DNA from: a virus
DNA length: 64,000 nt
IMG/VR virus record: IMGVR_UViG_3300026291_000001
Location: 311-64,310 of that record
Direction: 5' to 3' (one strand)
The notes below the pieces were generated by a model. It did no database searches, was not told where the DNA came from, and saw only the letters and a program-made list of their open reading frames with translations. The stretch's first letter is position 1. Each line of letters begins with the position of its first letter. A program made the translations under genes and the position numbers. This document shows positions 62,510-64,000 of this stretch, piece after piece.

Positions 62510-62619
62510 CATATTATAGCCTATAATAATTATGTCGGACAGGCCTATGCATGGCTTTCCACTCGCCTATTTCGGGTGGATTACGACACCAATTATTAAT
62601 TACAAAATAGGTGTAGGCT

Positions 62620-63435
62620 ATGAAATTCGTGGATCGTTGTGGACAGCGCTATGGCAAGCTGTTGGTTATCAGTAAATCAGTTAATGACTCTAACAAAACT
62701 TATTGGAATTGCCAGTGCGACTGCGGAAATACTACCGTGGTTTATGCAGGAAAACTCAGTTCAGGACTTACCAAATCCTGTGGTTGTTTAAGGCATGAAG
62801 CTGGTGAACGAAGAGTTATTGATAGAGTAGGTCAGCGTTTTAGCCGTTTGGTTGTTTTGGAACGTGTTGAAAGTGATAAAAAGGTAATGTGGCGTTGCTT
62901 GTGTGATTGTGGAAATGAATCGATTGTTGATAGTGCTAATTTAGCAGATGGACACAGCCGTTCATGTGGATGTTTAGTTAAAGATAAGGCCCGTGAGAAT
63001 TTCACGACGCATGGGTTAACTAATATTCCTGAACATAAAGCATGGATGAGTATGAATAATCGTTGCAACAACGAAAACGATAGGCAATACGTAGATTATG
63101 GTGGTCGCGGTATTCATATATGCGAACGCTGGCTTAGTTTTGAAAACTTTCTTGAGGATATGGGTAACAAGCCATCACCTCAGCACAGTATTGACCGGAT
63201 CGATAACGAGCTTGGCTACTCTAAGGACAATTGCCGTTGGGCAACCACTAAAGAGCAAGCTAATAATCGCAGGTCAAATCGTTTACTGATTATTGATGGC
63301 ATCACTAAAACCCTAAGCGAGTGTGCTGATGAATACCAAATATCCTATGGTGTTATTCAAAATAGATTGAAAAAAGGCTGGTCTGATGAGGACGCAGTGA
63401 AACTAAAACATTTTCAAAAGAGATCACAAACATGA
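62620..63435 (+). CDS. HNH-type homing endonuclease
   Basis: Two GQR(Y/F)G.L.V...W.C.CDCGN...SCGCL modules, W.SMNNRC...YGGRGI.ICERW.SFENFLEDMG, HSIDRIDNELGY...NCRWAT. Confidence 0.88.
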   Translation: MKFVDRCGQRYGKLLVISKSVNDSNKTYWNCQCDCGNTTVVYAGKLSSGLTKSCGCLRHEAGERRVIDRVGQRFSRLVVLERVESDKKVMWRCLCDCGNESIVDSANLADGHSRSCGCLVKDKARENFTTHGLTNIPEHKAWMSMNNRCNNENDRQYVDYGGRGIHICERWLSFENFLEDMGNKPSPQHSIDRIDNELGYSKDNCRWATTKEQANNRRSNRLLIIDGITKTLSECADEYQISYGVIQNRLKKGWSDEDAVKLKHFQKRSQT

Positions 63436-63914
63436 GCTTAATAACCAAAAAACAAACCGGCGAGAACCGTAACTGGTGCGCCCCTTACGGCAATGCCTTG
63501 TCATTGCTCTATACCTTCACAACAGACGCATCCGGTATCTTTATCCAAAGCGATACGCCGACTGCGCCACAAATTGGCGATGTCATCATTCTGGGCAGAC
63601 TGGAAGCAGGCTTGCTTATCTTTGATGCCCAGGTCATCGTATCTGACGCCTTTACCGCGTTAACCACGGCGAATATCGGCTTTCAGTATTGTGACGGTAT
63701 CGATGATGCCAACGCGCCGCAGGACAATGCTTATTTTGCTTCAGCCTTAGCCACTTCGGCAACTGGCGTGAGTCGAAAGACGGGTGTTAAAGCCCCTATT
63801 CGACTCAAGAAAGATGCTTACTTGATCTTGACGAATGCGGGAGCCGCTCATGCCGCTGCCGGTCAGATAGATGTAGTAGTTAACGGTATCTGGGAAGGTT
63901 TTCCTAATCTGTAA
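63432..63914 (+). CDS. capsid-associated structural (decoration-like) protein
   Basis: 160-aa beta-rich protein directly downstream of the capsid/HNH genes. Confidence 0.55.
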   Translation: MSLITKKQTGENRNWCAPYGNALSLLYTFTTDASGIFIQSDTPTAPQIGDVIILGRLEAGLLIFDAQVIVSDAFTALTTANIGFQYCDGIDDANAPQDNAYFASALATSATGVSRKTGVKAPIRLKKDAYLILTNAGAAHAAAGQIDVVVNGIWEGFPNL

Positions 63915-64000
63915 GCGATCAAACTAAAGGGGATGTAAAAATCCCCTTTCTTTAACCCCAGGAGATTCACAAATGTTAGTCCCTATACTATATTGCGGCA

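Noticed and set aside
1-64000. tRNA/rRNA genes, cas1/cas2 adaptation genes, tnpA transposase, host chromosomal flanks
   Set aside because: None recognised by eye; tRNAscan-SE and HMM searches would be needed to exclude divergent copies.

Overview
The whole 64 kb window reads as one temperate-style tailed phage or phage-plasmid genome with a podovirus-like virion module. It encodes a PBSX-type terminase, P22-like portal, scaffold, N4-gp56-family major capsid, tail and fibre genes, and a 3111-aa polyvalent ejection protein. No host housekeeping genes are visible. The gene order appears circularly permuted: head genes end the window and a head-tail adaptor begins it. The host is probably a gammaproteobacterium (inference only). 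Two RNA-guided systems stand out. (1) At 9741-11382, a stand-alone Cas7/RAMP-fold gene and an accessory gene are interleaved with six tracts of strict 5-nt periodicity: a constant W-N-Y triplet (mostly AGC) plus a variable NN. This looks like a VIPR-like system, but with AGC-type rather than GGY-type units. (2) At 35413-37308 there is a nuclease-dead Cas12m (type V-M)-like gene. Nine copies of its pseudoknot-type repeat are scattered over four loci up to 24 kb apart. The copies diverge in sequence but all keep the same 6-bp stem through compensatory or G-U changes, and several have very short spacers. The genome also carries three full-length TnpB elements, two TnpB elements whose core was replaced by homing endonuclease genes, an IS605-type miniature element, several free-standing homing endonucleases, a type IV pilin, hicAB, an orphan brnA and two iteron-like repeat arrays. 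All calls come from motif recognition by eye; no database search was run.
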